DNA of 64,000 bases from Deinococcota bacterium. GTDB taxonomy: Bacteria > Deinococcota > Deinococci > Deinococcales > Thermaceae. Below are positions 18,130 to 28,282 of this stretch, piece by piece (position 1 is the stretch's first letter; each line of letters opens with the position of its first letter). The notes beneath the pieces are model-generated. The model saw only the letters and a list, made by a program, of their open reading frames with translations. It was not told the DNA's origin and ran no database searches. The stretch covers positions 16,656 through 80,655 of the forward strand of contig JBGFRI010000045.1 in NCBI GenBank assembly GCA_041695225.1, written 5' to 3'. The position numbers and the translations under genes are program-made.

Positions 18130-18510
18130 GACTTGCCCCGAGCCTTCGGCCTTGAGAGCCTGCCCTGAGCCTACCGAAGGGTCCTCAGCCCAAGGCTTGG
18201 CGAATGGGTCGCTACCGTGCAGGCGCATAGATCAACAGAGTCGGCAAGCAGGCTGGTGCACTACTCAATCCCCCCAACCCCCCCTTGGTAAGGGGGGTGG
18301 CCGTCAGGCCGGGGGGATTTACCTGGCGAGCAGCTGGTCTACTTGACATCCTAGGTTCATTGCGTAGAAGGCCCGGACCCTATCCGTTATCGCCAGGAGG
18401 CTAGAGGCCCCCGGCATTGCGAGGAGGCCAGGCCGACGAAGCAATAGACTAGGCGATGGAGTGGGCGAGCATGGGGGTGATTAGTCCATCCAGAAGGGGA
18501 GTAACCCAAC
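18130..18510. repeat. Cluster of several REP-like families
   Basis: Nested CCTGAGCCTACCGAAGGG; AATCCCCCC...GGGGGGATT hairpin (18267-18319); CATTGCGAGGAGGCC...GACTAGG, an inverted copy of about 31990-32078. Confidence 0.75.
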
Positions 18511-18765
18511 CTGACACACGGAATGCTCTGGATGCTCTTCCCCCCCACCCACCTTGGCGTCCGCACTGAGCCTTGCCCTGGGCATAGTCTACGGGGCAGC
18601 GAAAGAGCCTGGCCATGAGGTTGTCGTGGGGTTTTGAACAGGTTGCCTATGGGTTGCCAAGAGGTTGCCGAGAGGTTACGACAAAAGCCTGCTCTTAGGT
18701 ACAAAGGGCCATCCTGGCAGAGGGTTTTTAGGGTAGTCGGACCATCAATGATGCCCAAAACACAC

Positions 18766-19890
18766 TTACCCGGGTCCCGCTGCGAACAAACCCACCCTTT
18801 CTGCAAAGGCCCGCTCGAGGCCAGTCTTGGCCAGCACCTCACCCAGAGTCTTGAAAAATACCAGGTAGTGCTCAACTCTTGCACTCTCGCCCATCAGGCC
18901 CAGCCGCAGCACCTTGCCGGCGGTGGGGCCGATTCCACCAGCTATCGAGACACCCCGGGCGTAGAGCTGCTGGCGAATCTCGGCCTCCTGCAGGCCCAGG
19001 GGTGGGCGCACCACCAGCACCGTGGATAGCCGTGCACCCTCGGCGGCAAAGGCGCTGAAACCGATCTCCTCCAGCAGTGATAAAACTGTGCGATACATAA
19101 CCTCAGCGCGCCTCCGGCGATTCTCCAGACCTTCCTCTAAGGCTAGGCGCAGGGCTTCTTCCAGGGCGTAGTGTAGCAAGACCGGCGAGGTGCAAAAATA
19201 ACCCTCCTGCTCCCAGTAAACCGCCACTCGCGAGAGGTCGGAGTACCAGCCCCGCACCTGCCCCAGGCGCTCACGGCCCCGCTTAGACAGGGCGAATGGC
19301 GCCAGCCCTGGTGGGGCCGAAAGGCATTTCTGGCTGCCCGTAAAGGCATAATCTATACCCAGTTTTTCCATCGAGAGCGGCATCATCCCGGCGGTAGTCA
19401 CTGCATCGAGCATGAAAAGCGCCCCATGGGACTGTACCAGACCGGCAATCTCTTCTAGAGGGTTGATCACGCCAGTGCTGGTCTCACCGTGAACCAGGGC
19501 GACCAGCTTGTAAGAGCGGCGAGTCAGCTCCTTGGCCACCGCCTGGGGATCAACGGGGTGGCCCGGCTCAAAACGCAGCACCGTATAATCGAGCCGATAA
19601 GCCTGGGCAATCTCCACCATCCGTTCGCCAAAAGTTCCATTGACCAGCAACAGCACCGGATCTCCTTCGTCGGCCAGGTTATTTAACCCTGCTTCCATTC
19701 CCAGGCTACCCGAGCCTGGCATTGCCGCCAGTAAAGCGCCGTGGCCAGGGTCAAACAAGAGATGCAAGTGTTCACGAATGCGGCGGTTGGTGGCGAGCAC
19801 CTCTGGATCGAGGTGGCCGCGCATCTCCTTGCTGAGTGCCATCTGCACCCTGGGGTGAATGGGGGTGGGGCCGGGCGTCAAAAGAACCAT
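18766..19890 (-). CDS. Class V PLP aminotransferase (alanine/serine-glyoxylate type)
   Basis: LLTPGPTP, VHGETSTGV, LDAVT, TGSQKCLSAPPG; ATG at 19890 after GGAGGA. Confidence 0.93.
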   Translation of the reverse strand: MVLLTPGPTPIHPRVQMALSKEMRGHLDPEVLATNRRIREHLHLLFDPGHGALLAAMPGSGSLGMEAGLNNLADEGDPVLLLVNGTFGERMVEIAQAYRLDYTVLRFEPGHPVDPQAVAKELTRRSYKLVALVHGETSTGVINPLEEIAGLVQSHGALFMLDAVTTAGMMPLSMEKLGIDYAFTGSQKCLSAPPGLAPFALSKRGRERLGQVRGWYSDLSRVAVYWEQEGYFCTSPVLLHYALEEALRLALEEGLENRRRRAEVMYRTVLSLLEEIGFSAFAAEGARLSTVLVVRPPLGLQEAEIRQQLYARGVSIAGGIGPTAGKVLRLGLMGESARVEHYLVFFKTLGEVLAKTGLERAFAERVGLFAAGPG

Positions 19891-19901
19891 CGCTGTCCTC
19901 C

Positions 19902-19991
19902 AAACAAAAAGACTCCCCGCTGGGCACAACCTGACGGCCTCTTGCTAAGAAGAGCACCGTTACAGGATAGCTCGGGCGGAGAGTCGCATCT
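19902..19991 (-). ncRNA. Structured 5' leader or small RNA of unknown family
   Basis: Long hairpin GACUCUCCGC/GCGGGGAGUC with inner CCUG/CAGG, ACGG/CCGU and CUCUU/AAGAG stems, followed by UUUUUGUUU just before the RBS. Confidence 0.5.
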
Positions 19992-19997
19992 GACCTG

Positions 19998-20026
19998 AAT
20001 ATACAGGGGCCCATGCAGTTTGTCAA
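19998..20026 (-). promoter_or_regulatory. Sigma70 promoter of the aminotransferase leader
   Basis: TTGACA, 17-bp spacer, TATATT on the minus strand. Confidence 0.8.
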
Positions 20027-20072
20027 AAAAATCAGGGTCGGTGCAGGTGCCAAGGCTGGCTATAGAACCAGC

Positions 20073-20330
20073 ACAGGAACGTATATTTTCATTGCAACCC
20101 CTGAGGGCATTGCCGAAGGGGGAGCAATCCAGATCACTTTTGAGGCTAACGGGCTTACGACCCTTTCCTGGATTGCTTCGTCGGCCTTTGGCCTCCTCGC
20201 AATGGCGACAGGAACGTATATTTTCGTCATTGCGACCCCTTCGACCAGCCTCGGCCTGAGGGGCCTCGGCCCGAAGGCTCAGGGCAGGCTCTGAGGCGTA
20301 GCCGAAGGGGAAGCAATCCAGATCACCCCC
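20073..20330. repeat. Tandem REPIN-like units, each preceded by an 18-bp direct repeat
   Basis: ACAGGAACGTATATTTTC at 20073-20090 and 20208-20225, each followed by a TCATTGC..GCAATCCAGATCAC unit. Confidence 0.8.
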
Positions 20331-20337
20331 GTAAAAG

Positions 20338-20521
20338 TGTCGCGGGTCTCAGGTCTCAGGTCGCAGGTCAAGTGCTCCTATCGTCGCAAGTCTAAGGTCT
20401 GCGACGGCCCCGCGTTCTGGCCTTCGACCTTTGTCTTCAGACCTTCGACCAGGCGCGTTAGCGCCTGTTTCGCAGGTCACAGGTCTTTTTGGCTTGCGAC
20501 TTGCGACTCGCGACCTGAGAC
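20338..20521. repeat. Alternating forward and reverse heptamer arrays
   Basis: gtctcag gtctcag gtcgcag ... cttcgac ... ttgcgac ttgcgac tcgcgac ctgagac. Confidence 0.85.
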
Positions 20522-20536
20522 ATCGGGCGCTAAACA

Positions 20537-21769
<1,233 letters not shown>

Positions 21770-21890
21770 CCTCAAAGTATAGCAATACGCCACAAACCCA
21801 GGCCATGTGCGCTGCCCAGGTAACCAGCGCAGGACTTAGAAAACCAACCTACCCGGGTAAAAACTGCGCCGAATCCGGTAAACTGTAGGT

Positions 21891-22139
21891 ATGAGTGTTT
21901 TGGCGCGCATCTCTTTAATTCTGGGACTGGTGCTGCTGTTAATCGGGGTTATCCTGGCTACCATGAATTTCATCGTCATCCGCGACTACGTGGTGGCTCT
22001 TCAGCCATTGCGCGACTTGCCTCCTTACAACGTCAATCCCCGGGTCGGCTTGACCTACCTGATTGTCTTTGCCTCCGGTTTTCTGCTGGGCTTGGGTGTG
22101 ATGATCTCCCGCCTTGCAGGCCGACGCCGACCTGAATAA
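21891..22139 (+). CDS. Small membrane protein, two hydrophobic segments
   Basis: 82 aa; TAAACT, 6 nt, then ATG. Confidence 0.75.
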   Translation: MSVLARISLILGLVLLLIGVILATMNFIVIRDYVVALQPLRDLPPYNVNPRVGLTYLIVFASGFLLGLGVMISRLAGRRRPE

Positions 22140-22189
22140 CGCGCATACCCAGCTCAGATGCCCTGGCGCTGGGGGCCTCGAGGCTGTTC

Positions 22190-23047
22190 GTGGGTTATCT
22201 TCTGGTTCTTTCGGCAGCCTCGCTGTGGGGTCTGCTGGGTGTGGTCTCCAAGCTGGCTTTTGAGCAGGGGGTAAGCCCGCTCGAGGTGGCCTTCTGGCGG
22301 GCTGCCCTTGGGGCAGTACTGTTTGGCACCCATGCCTTTTTGATCCAAAAAACACATGTACAGCGCAAAGACCTGCCAGCCGTGGCCGGGTTTGGACTGG
22401 TAGGAATTTCTCTGTTTTATGGGGCCTACCAGCTTGCCATTCAAAGTGGAGGGGCAGCGCTGGCCGCAGTCTTGCTCTATACCGCGCCGGCAATTGTGGC
22501 CCTGCTGGCCTGGCTGTTTCTGCGTGAACCAATGGACGCTTATAAACTGGGGGCGGTGGCCCTGACCCTGCTGGGAGTGGCCGGAGTAAGTTTGCAGGGC
22601 GACGGGGTAAACGTGACCCCGGCGGCAGTATTCTGGGGCCTGCTCTCGGGCCTGACCTATGCCACCTACTACCTGTTTGGCAAGCTCTACTTGCACAAAT
22701 ACACCACCCCTACGGTATTCCTGTACGCCTTGCCGGTGGGGGCTTTGGGGCTTCTTCCTTTTGTGGACTTTGCCCCCAAAAACCCCGAAGCCTGGGGCGC
22801 CATTTTCTTTTTGACGGTGGTATCTACTTTTTTTGCCGTAACCCTGTATTTTGCTGGCCTGCGTAGGCTTCAGGCCACCCAGGCCGCAGTGGTTGCCACG
22901 GTGGAGCCAGTAGTGGCCGGGTTTGCTGCCTGGCTGTGGTGGGGTGAGCGGTTTAGCCTGCTGGGGTATCTGGGAGCAGGGCTGGTGCTGGCAGGCGTGT
23001 TGCTGATGGTGCTGAGGCCGCGGGCTAGACCAGGGGTTGGTCTTTAG
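22190..23047 (+). CDS. EamA/DMT family transporter
   Basis: Duplicated EamA halves, AFWR, LLYTAP, FLREP, VEPVVA. Confidence 0.92.
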   Translation: MGYLLVLSAASLWGLLGVVSKLAFEQGVSPLEVAFWRAALGAVLFGTHAFLIQKTHVQRKDLPAVAGFGLVGISLFYGAYQLAIQSGGAALAAVLLYTAPAIVALLAWLFLREPMDAYKLGAVALTLLGVAGVSLQGDGVNVTPAAVFWGLLSGLTYATYYLFGKLYLHKYTTPTVFLYALPVGALGLLPFVDFAPKNPEAWGAIFFLTVVSTFFAVTLYFAGLRRLQATQAAVVATVEPVVAGFAAWLWWGERFSLLGYLGAGLVLAGVLLMVLRPRARPGVGL

Positions 23048-23550
23048 TTTGCCAGGCCCTCAAGGACGAGAGTGCGCCTTCCTGGAGGGCTTAGCATCTG
23101 CAAGGAGGGTTGTTTTATACCATCATGACATACAAAATTGCGCCCTTCCCGATTCAGCCCCACGCGATGGCCGCCTTTGGCTGGTCCACGCCCTCCAGTG
23201 GCGAAGGAAGGTGGCAGCCCACTCTACTCGATAACCACGGCGCAGGCTCCTCTGGACGGCGTTTAGTGCGTCTGGAGCGCTGCCCCGGGGGCTGTTTGGG
23301 GACGAGACTCAGCAGATTATCCGAGACTGGTGTCACATTGGTGGCCATGGGCAGGCGTCGCTGGTAGGCCTCGAGGCCGAGGGAGCCAAACCATCGAGCC
23401 TTGGCTCGCAAGTCCTCCTATTGTTGAGTCCTGTGAAAGGCCGCGAGATGTGTTTCAGATTGCATCAGGATTCCTCAGAGGGGCCTTGGCTTGGGATGTA
23501 TTGTAGGCTGAAATGACTTTGTAGCGCTCGTTGGAGCGGGTCGGAGGTAG

Positions 23551-25704
23551 ATGATGCGAAGACTGAAGCATTGGATGTTACTGTTGCTGCTAGTTCTGGG
23601 CTTCTCGTTGGCTCAGGACAAACTGCCCGTCACCTTCACCTACCACCCTCCCATGGGCCCCGAGGTCCGTAGCGTTAGCCTCCGAGGCAACTTTAACAAC
23701 TGGGCCGAGCTGCCCCTGCAAAAAACCCCAGAAGGGGTCTGGCAGGTCACCCTAAAGCTGGCCCCTGGGCTTATCCAGTACAAGTTTTTTATCAACGGGC
23801 AGTGGCCGCGCGATATGTGCGACGACCCCCAGTTTGGCACTCCCAAGGTAGACGCCGAAGCCCACGGCTGCGCCGACGACGGGCAGGGTGGGCAGAATGC
23901 GGTGCGGGAGATCGGGCGCCAGGTAGCAGAGGTTCAAGCGCCCAGCGGCTTGGCATTTGAACACGATCCCCAAAAACCACGTTTTGTCTCGCAGGCCGCC
24001 GGACGCCTGTCGGTGCGGTTCCAGGTGCCCCGGGGTAGCATCCAGTCGGCGGCATTGCATGCCGATAGGGCTTACCCACTGGCGCTACAGCTGGTCTGGC
24101 CAGAAGGCGAGATGTGGCGGGCGACCCTGCCCGTAACGGTCTCGCAGTACCAGATTACGGTGGTGGATCGGGAGGGCGGGGAACAGACTTTTGGCCCGTT
24201 CAAGGCTCCGGCCCAGCCCTTCCGGGCGGTTAGCTGGGTGGCGGGAAGGGTAGGCTACCAGATCTTCCCCGACCGCTTCTGGAACGGCGACCCCACCAAC
24301 GACCGGCTGGCGCTAAAGACCACGCAGGCCCACTTTGACAAGACCTGGCAGGGTCAGCGCCCATATCTGTCGGGCTGGACCGATCCCCCGGGCCTTTTCC
24401 ACTGCTGCCACCAGTATTTTGGCGGCGACCTGGCCGGGGTTTTGCAGCGCCTCCCCCACCTGCGCTCGCTGGGGGTGAATCTGATTTATTTCAACCCCCT
24501 CTTCGACTCGGGCTCGGCCCACGGCTTCGATACTCACGATTATGTGAGGGTTGATCCCAGGCTAGGCGACAATGCGCTCTTACGCCGGGTGCTGACCGAG
24601 GCCAGGCGTCAGGGCATCAAGGTAATCTTCGACTTTGTGCCCAACCATACCGGGCTGGGCCACTGGGCCTTTCAAGATGTGGTAAGAAAAGGGCCCGACT
24701 CGAGGTTCTGGAACTGGTACTTTATCCGCCGCTGGCCCTTTACCCCTGGCGATGGGCGGGACTATCTGGGCTGGGCCAATCTGGGCAGCCTGCCAAAGCT
24801 GAACACCTTTAACCCCGAGGTACAGGATTATCTGATCCGGGTCTCAAAGTTCTGGCTAGGCTTTGGTTTTAGCGGCATCCGGGTAGATGTGGCCAACGAA
24901 ATCTCCACCGATTTTGTGCGGCGGTGGCGCGCGGCGCTCAAAGCCCAAAACCCCGAGGTCTACCTGGTGGGAGAGGTCTGGGATCTGCGCCCCCAGTTTT
25001 TGCAGGGTGACCAGTTCGACTCGCTGATGAACTACACCGTGGGGAGGGGAGGCTCTCCACCGGCCTTTGGCGGGGCGCTGGGCTTTGCCAGGGGCGGGCC
25101 ACTGCAAAACGGGCGACGGGTGCTGGGTGAGCTGGCCAGGGTCTATGCCACCTACCCCGAAGCGGTTGCGGCCATGGGCTTTAACCTGATTGGGTCGCAC
25201 GATACCCCGCGGGTCCTGACCGACCTTGGCGGCGGTGGGCTGCGCGATACCCCCTCGGCAGAAGCGCTGGCCCGACTCAAACTGGCCTCTGCTATTTTGT
25301 ATGCTCTGCCGGGGGCTTCGATGTTTTTTCAGGGCGAGGAGTGTGGTTTTACTGGTGAACGCGGTCAATGGCCCATCAACGAACTCTACCGCTACCCGAT
25401 CCAGTGGGATCAGTGCCGGGCCGAGGTGCTTCGGCACTACCAGCTGCTGGGCCGGCTGCGTAACCAGATGGCAGTTTTCCAGAGCCCGGTCTTCCGCACC
25501 TACCTGGGCGAAGGCCCGCTGATGGCGTTCTTTTTGGGCGAGCCTGGCCCCGGCGAGTTGCTGGCGGCCTTCAACAACTCCACCGAAAGCACCACCCTGC
25601 CCCTACCAACGGGCAGGTGGCGGGATCTGGTCGAGGACCGGACATTTCAGGGTCAGGTAGGGCTGGCTGGACTGGGCTGGCGCTACCTCGAGCGGGTGGA
25701 GTAG
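23551..25704 (+). CDS. Secreted GH13 alpha-amylase/pullulanase-type enzyme with N-terminal carbohydrate-binding domain
   Basis: Signal peptide, GNFNNW/YKFFING module, YQIFPDRF, DFVPNH, GIRVDVAN, VGEVW, GSHD. Confidence 0.93.
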   Translation: MMRRLKHWMLLLLLVLGFSLAQDKLPVTFTYHPPMGPEVRSVSLRGNFNNWAELPLQKTPEGVWQVTLKLAPGLIQYKFFINGQWPRDMCDDPQFGTPKVDAEAHGCADDGQGGQNAVREIGRQVAEVQAPSGLAFEHDPQKPRFVSQAAGRLSVRFQVPRGSIQSAALHADRAYPLALQLVWPEGEMWRATLPVTVSQYQITVVDREGGEQTFGPFKAPAQPFRAVSWVAGRVGYQIFPDRFWNGDPTNDRLALKTTQAHFDKTWQGQRPYLSGWTDPPGLFHCCHQYFGGDLAGVLQRLPHLRSLGVNLIYFNPLFDSGSAHGFDTHDYVRVDPRLGDNALLRRVLTEARRQGIKVIFDFVPNHTGLGHWAFQDVVRKGPDSRFWNWYFIRRWPFTPGDGRDYLGWANLGSLPKLNTFNPEVQDYLIRVSKFWLGFGFSGIRVDVANEISTDFVRRWRAALKAQNPEVYLVGEVWDLRPQFLQGDQFDSLMNYTVGRGGSPPAFGGALGFARGGPLQNGRRVLGELARVYATYPEAVAAMGFNLIGSHDTPRVLTDLGGGGLRDTPSAEALARLKLASAILYALPGASMFFQGEECGFTGERGQWPINELYRYPIQWDQCRAEVLRHYQLLGRLRNQMAVFQSPVFRTYLGEGPLMAFFLGEPGPGELLAAFNNSTESTTLPLPTGRWRDLVEDRTFQGQVGLAGLGWRYLERVE

Positions 25705-25815
25705 AGGGTCGAAGGTCTAAGGTCGAGGGTCCAAGGGATAAGGTCGAAGGTAGGGGGTCGAAGGTCTAAGGTCTAAGGTCGAAGGACGCAGGCCTAAGGC
25801 TAAGGTCGAAGGTCG
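25705..25815. repeat. Heptamer tandem array (AGGTCGA/AGGTCTA)
   Basis: gggtcga aggtcta aggtcga gggtcca ... directly after the amylase stop. Confidence 0.88.
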
Positions 25816-26060
25816 TTTTAGTTTAGACCAGTCCGCGGCCGCCCGACGGCTTATACCAGATCTAGCTCAGCTCCTTTCTATCTATGGCTCCCCTGACCGT
25901 GCGCCTGTGGCCGTTGAGGGGTGGGGGAATGCAGGCACGCCCCGCCCAGCCAACCGCTTGGGTAAACCGGCAGTCGCTGTACCGGCATGATCGAACGTGC
26001 CTTACGCAGACCGGGGATGTTTCGGAGTGCTGTGCACCCCTCAACATGACACCTCACTTT

Positions 26061-26100
26061 TGTCATTCTGAGGGGGCGTTTTTTGCCCCCGAAGAATCCC
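26061..26100. repeat. REP-like element TGTCATTCTGAG..GAAGAATC
   Basis: GGGGGC/GCCCCC stem inside TGTCATTCTGA...GAAGAATCC; related to TGTCACCCTGAGCGAAGCGAAGGGTCT at 55032. Confidence 0.6.
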
Positions 26101-26194
26101 CTAACTTCGTCGGCCCCGCTCTTCACAGAAGCAAGTTAGGAACAGTGTTATTTACTCCTCGAGGCCGGCGGAGCAGGGTCGGCTGCACTCCGTG

Positions 26195-26614
26195 TTAGCC
26201 ACCTGGCTCGTGATCCCCGACAAATGCGGCTAAGGACACTGCCACCTTCGGGAAGTCGCTCAAGAGTTGTTTGTCTACTGTTACACATGACACCCCCAAC
26301 TCTTGAGCCAGGGCCACAAACTCGCAATCATATGCCGAGCAGCTACTCAAGGTGACCAATTTCAACACTTGATCGGAGTCCACCTCATATTCCCGGTCTT
26401 CCATAAGGCTCAGGGCTTCGGTCATGACCTGCTGGCTCGCCTCTAAGGACAACCAGTGCTTGCGGAGATACAGGGCGAGCACATTCCGGAACTCACTCCG
26501 CCACAGCAAAGGTGCAGCCCAATCAGCATCTTTGAGCAAAACTTGTTCGGCCTGGCGCGAGTGGGGGCTCGCCAGGTACAAATAGCCAATGATACTGGTG
26601 TCAACCACGATCAT
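26195..26614 (-). CDS. vapC: VapC PIN-domain toxin
   Basis: MIVVDTS, SEFRNVL, SAYDCEFVALA, VTVD. Confidence 0.92.
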   Translation of the reverse strand: MIVVDTSIIGYLYLASPHSRQAEQVLLKDADWAAPLLWRSEFRNVLALYLRKHWLSLEASQQVMTEALSLMEDREYEVDSDQVLKLVTLSSCSAYDCEFVALAQELGVSCVTVDKQLLSDFPKVAVSLAAFVGDHEPGG

Positions 26615-26634
26615 ACCGGATCATAGTGGCACGA

Positions 26635-26877
26635 TCACAGGCGGCCCGTCAGCTTGGCGGTTGTGAACTGTGTGTCGGTAATGGGATGCCGCCTGGTTTT
26701 CTGGCGCAACTCGCGTGCACGGGCGAGCAGGGCATCCGGGTTGACTTTGCGGCCCCGCACGCCACGCTCGATAAGGGTGATGATCTCACTGTTGATACTG
26801 CGGCGATTGGCCGCCGCAGACTCTTTGAGCAATTCGTACAGATCGGGCGGTATATTTTTGAGCGTGATGGTAGGCAT
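26635..26877 (-). CDS. Ribbon-helix-helix antitoxin (Arc/FitA-like)
   Basis: MPTITLKNIPPDLYELLKESAAANRRSINSEII; RBS CAGGAG; directly upstream of vapC. Confidence 0.88.
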   Translation of the reverse strand: MPTITLKNIPPDLYELLKESAAANRRSINSEIITLIERGVRGRKVNPDALLARARELRQKTRRHPITDTQFTTAKLTGRL

Positions 26878-26903
26878 GGGCGGCTCCTGAGTACGGTTGC
26901 GAT

Positions 26904-26940
26904 ATGGAACCATTATGGTGGTATGGTCGCCAAATGTCAA
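26904..26940 (-). promoter_or_regulatory. Toxin-antitoxin promoter with palindromic operator
   Basis: TTGACA, 17-bp spacer, CATAAT; palindrome ACCATAATGGT overlaps the -10. Confidence 0.7.
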
Positions 26941-27081
26941 CCTGGGCCTGGCTGAGGCCACTAACATATCCGCGTCCGTGAGAAGCGTGCCGCATGAACA
27001 GGACCATAACATGGCCGAAGATGACACGGCCTACTCCATAACCCACAAGAAAAATACCTAAGCCTGCTAGACTAAACTTCG

Positions 27082-28161
27082 ATGAACGACTACTACGCAA
27101 CCCTGGGCGTGGACCGGCAGGCCAGTGCCGATGAGATCAAGAAGGCCTACCGCAAACTGGCGCTCCAGTATCACCCCGACAAAAACCCCGGCGACAAGAG
27201 GGCCGAGGAGAGGTTCAAGGAGATCAACGAGGCCTATGCGGTACTCTCTGACCCCGAAAAACGCGCCCACTACGACCGCTACGGCACCGCGGCTCCTGGG
27301 GGCTTTGGTGGGACTGGGAGCGGTAATTTTGGCGATATATTTGATCTGTTTGAGCAGGTCTTTGGTTTTCGGTCACCCGGTGGTGGAGGCCGGGCGCCCA
27401 GGGGTGAGGATTTAGAAGTCTCCGTCGAGATGGAGCTGGTGGATGTGCTGCATGGTGTGGAGAAAGAACTCGAGTACGACCGCCTGGTAACGTGCGAGAG
27501 TTGTAATGGGCAGGGCGGCAAGCGGCAGTCCTGCAGGTCATGCAATGGGCGTGGCACCTTCGAGCAGGTACAGCGAACCATTTTTGGCAACATGGTGGCC
27601 CAGGCCCCCTGCACAGCCTGCCGCGGCCGGGGCTATACCCTCGCCGAGACCTGCCAGACCTGCAAGGGACAGGGCCGGGTCAGGCGAGCAGAAAAAATCA
27701 GGGTAAACATGCCGGCGGGCATAGATGAAAACCAGCTCCTGAGGGTCTCGGGGATGGGCAGTCTGGGGCCCGGTGGGGCGGGTGATCTGTTTCTCCGCCC
27801 GCATATCCGCCCACACCCGCAACTTCACCGCGAAGGCTCGAACCTGGTCTACGAACTCAAGCTGGGCCTGGCCCAGGCTGCGCTGGGAGTCAAAACCCGC
27901 ATACCGGGACTGGAGGGGGATCTCGAGTTCAGCGTACCCCCAGGCACCCGCGATGGTGAAGTGTTTGAGCTCGAGGGGAAGGGCCTGCCCCAGCCCGGTG
28001 GCCGCAGCCGGGGCAAACTCCAGGTCGTCACACAAATTGCTGTTCCGCACAATCTTTCCAAAAAGGCCCGGGAACTGCTACGACAGTACGCCCAGGAGGT
28101 TGGCGAGGAGGTGGCCCCCGAAGGTTTCTGGGATAAGGTCAAGCGGGTCTTTCGAGGCTAA
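27082..28161 (+). CDS. dnaJ: Chaperone DnaJ (with Zn fingers)
   Basis: J domain with HPD, G/F region, four CxxCxGxG repeats. Confidence 0.95.
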   Translation: MNDYYATLGVDRQASADEIKKAYRKLALQYHPDKNPGDKRAEERFKEINEAYAVLSDPEKRAHYDRYGTAAPGGFGGTGSGNFGDIFDLFEQVFGFRSPGGGGRAPRGEDLEVSVEMELVDVLHGVEKELEYDRLVTCESCNGQGGKRQSCRSCNGRGTFEQVQRTIFGNMVAQAPCTACRGRGYTLAETCQTCKGQGRVRRAEKIRVNMPAGIDENQLLRVSGMGSLGPGGAGDLFLRPHIRPHPQLHREGSNLVYELKLGLAQAALGVKTRIPGLEGDLEFSVPPGTRDGEVFELEGKGLPQPGGRSRGKLQVVTQIAVPHNLSKKARELLRQYAQEVGEEVAPEGFWDKVKRVFRG

Positions 28162-28175
28162 CCGGCTACGGCTGT

Positions 28176-28259
28176 GCCAATAGCCCATAGCTAATAGCCA
28201 ATAGCCAATAGCCAAATAGCCAATAGCTGATAGCCGATAGCTTTTGACCCTCGACCTTT
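28176..28259. repeat. Heptamer array (ATAGCCA type) between convergent genes
   Basis: atagccc atagcta atagcca atagcca ... then tgaccc tcgacc. Confidence 0.85.
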
Positions 28260-28282
28260 GCCCTGAGGCTTGTGATATTCCA

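Noticed and set aside
19896..19991. Glycine or ZTP riboswitch call
   Set aside because: The conserved cores (GGAGA..GAAGG..CUCUCAGG; GACUGGCG..CGCCUGGGC) are absent on the sense strand, so it is kept as an unassigned leader.
23110..23411. 85-aa ORFs between the EamA and amylase genes
   Set aside because: No RBS, motif or consistent coding signal that I could support.
27030..27081. CIRCE element upstream of dnaJ
   Set aside because: No TTAGCACTC-N9-GAGTGCTAA is visible.
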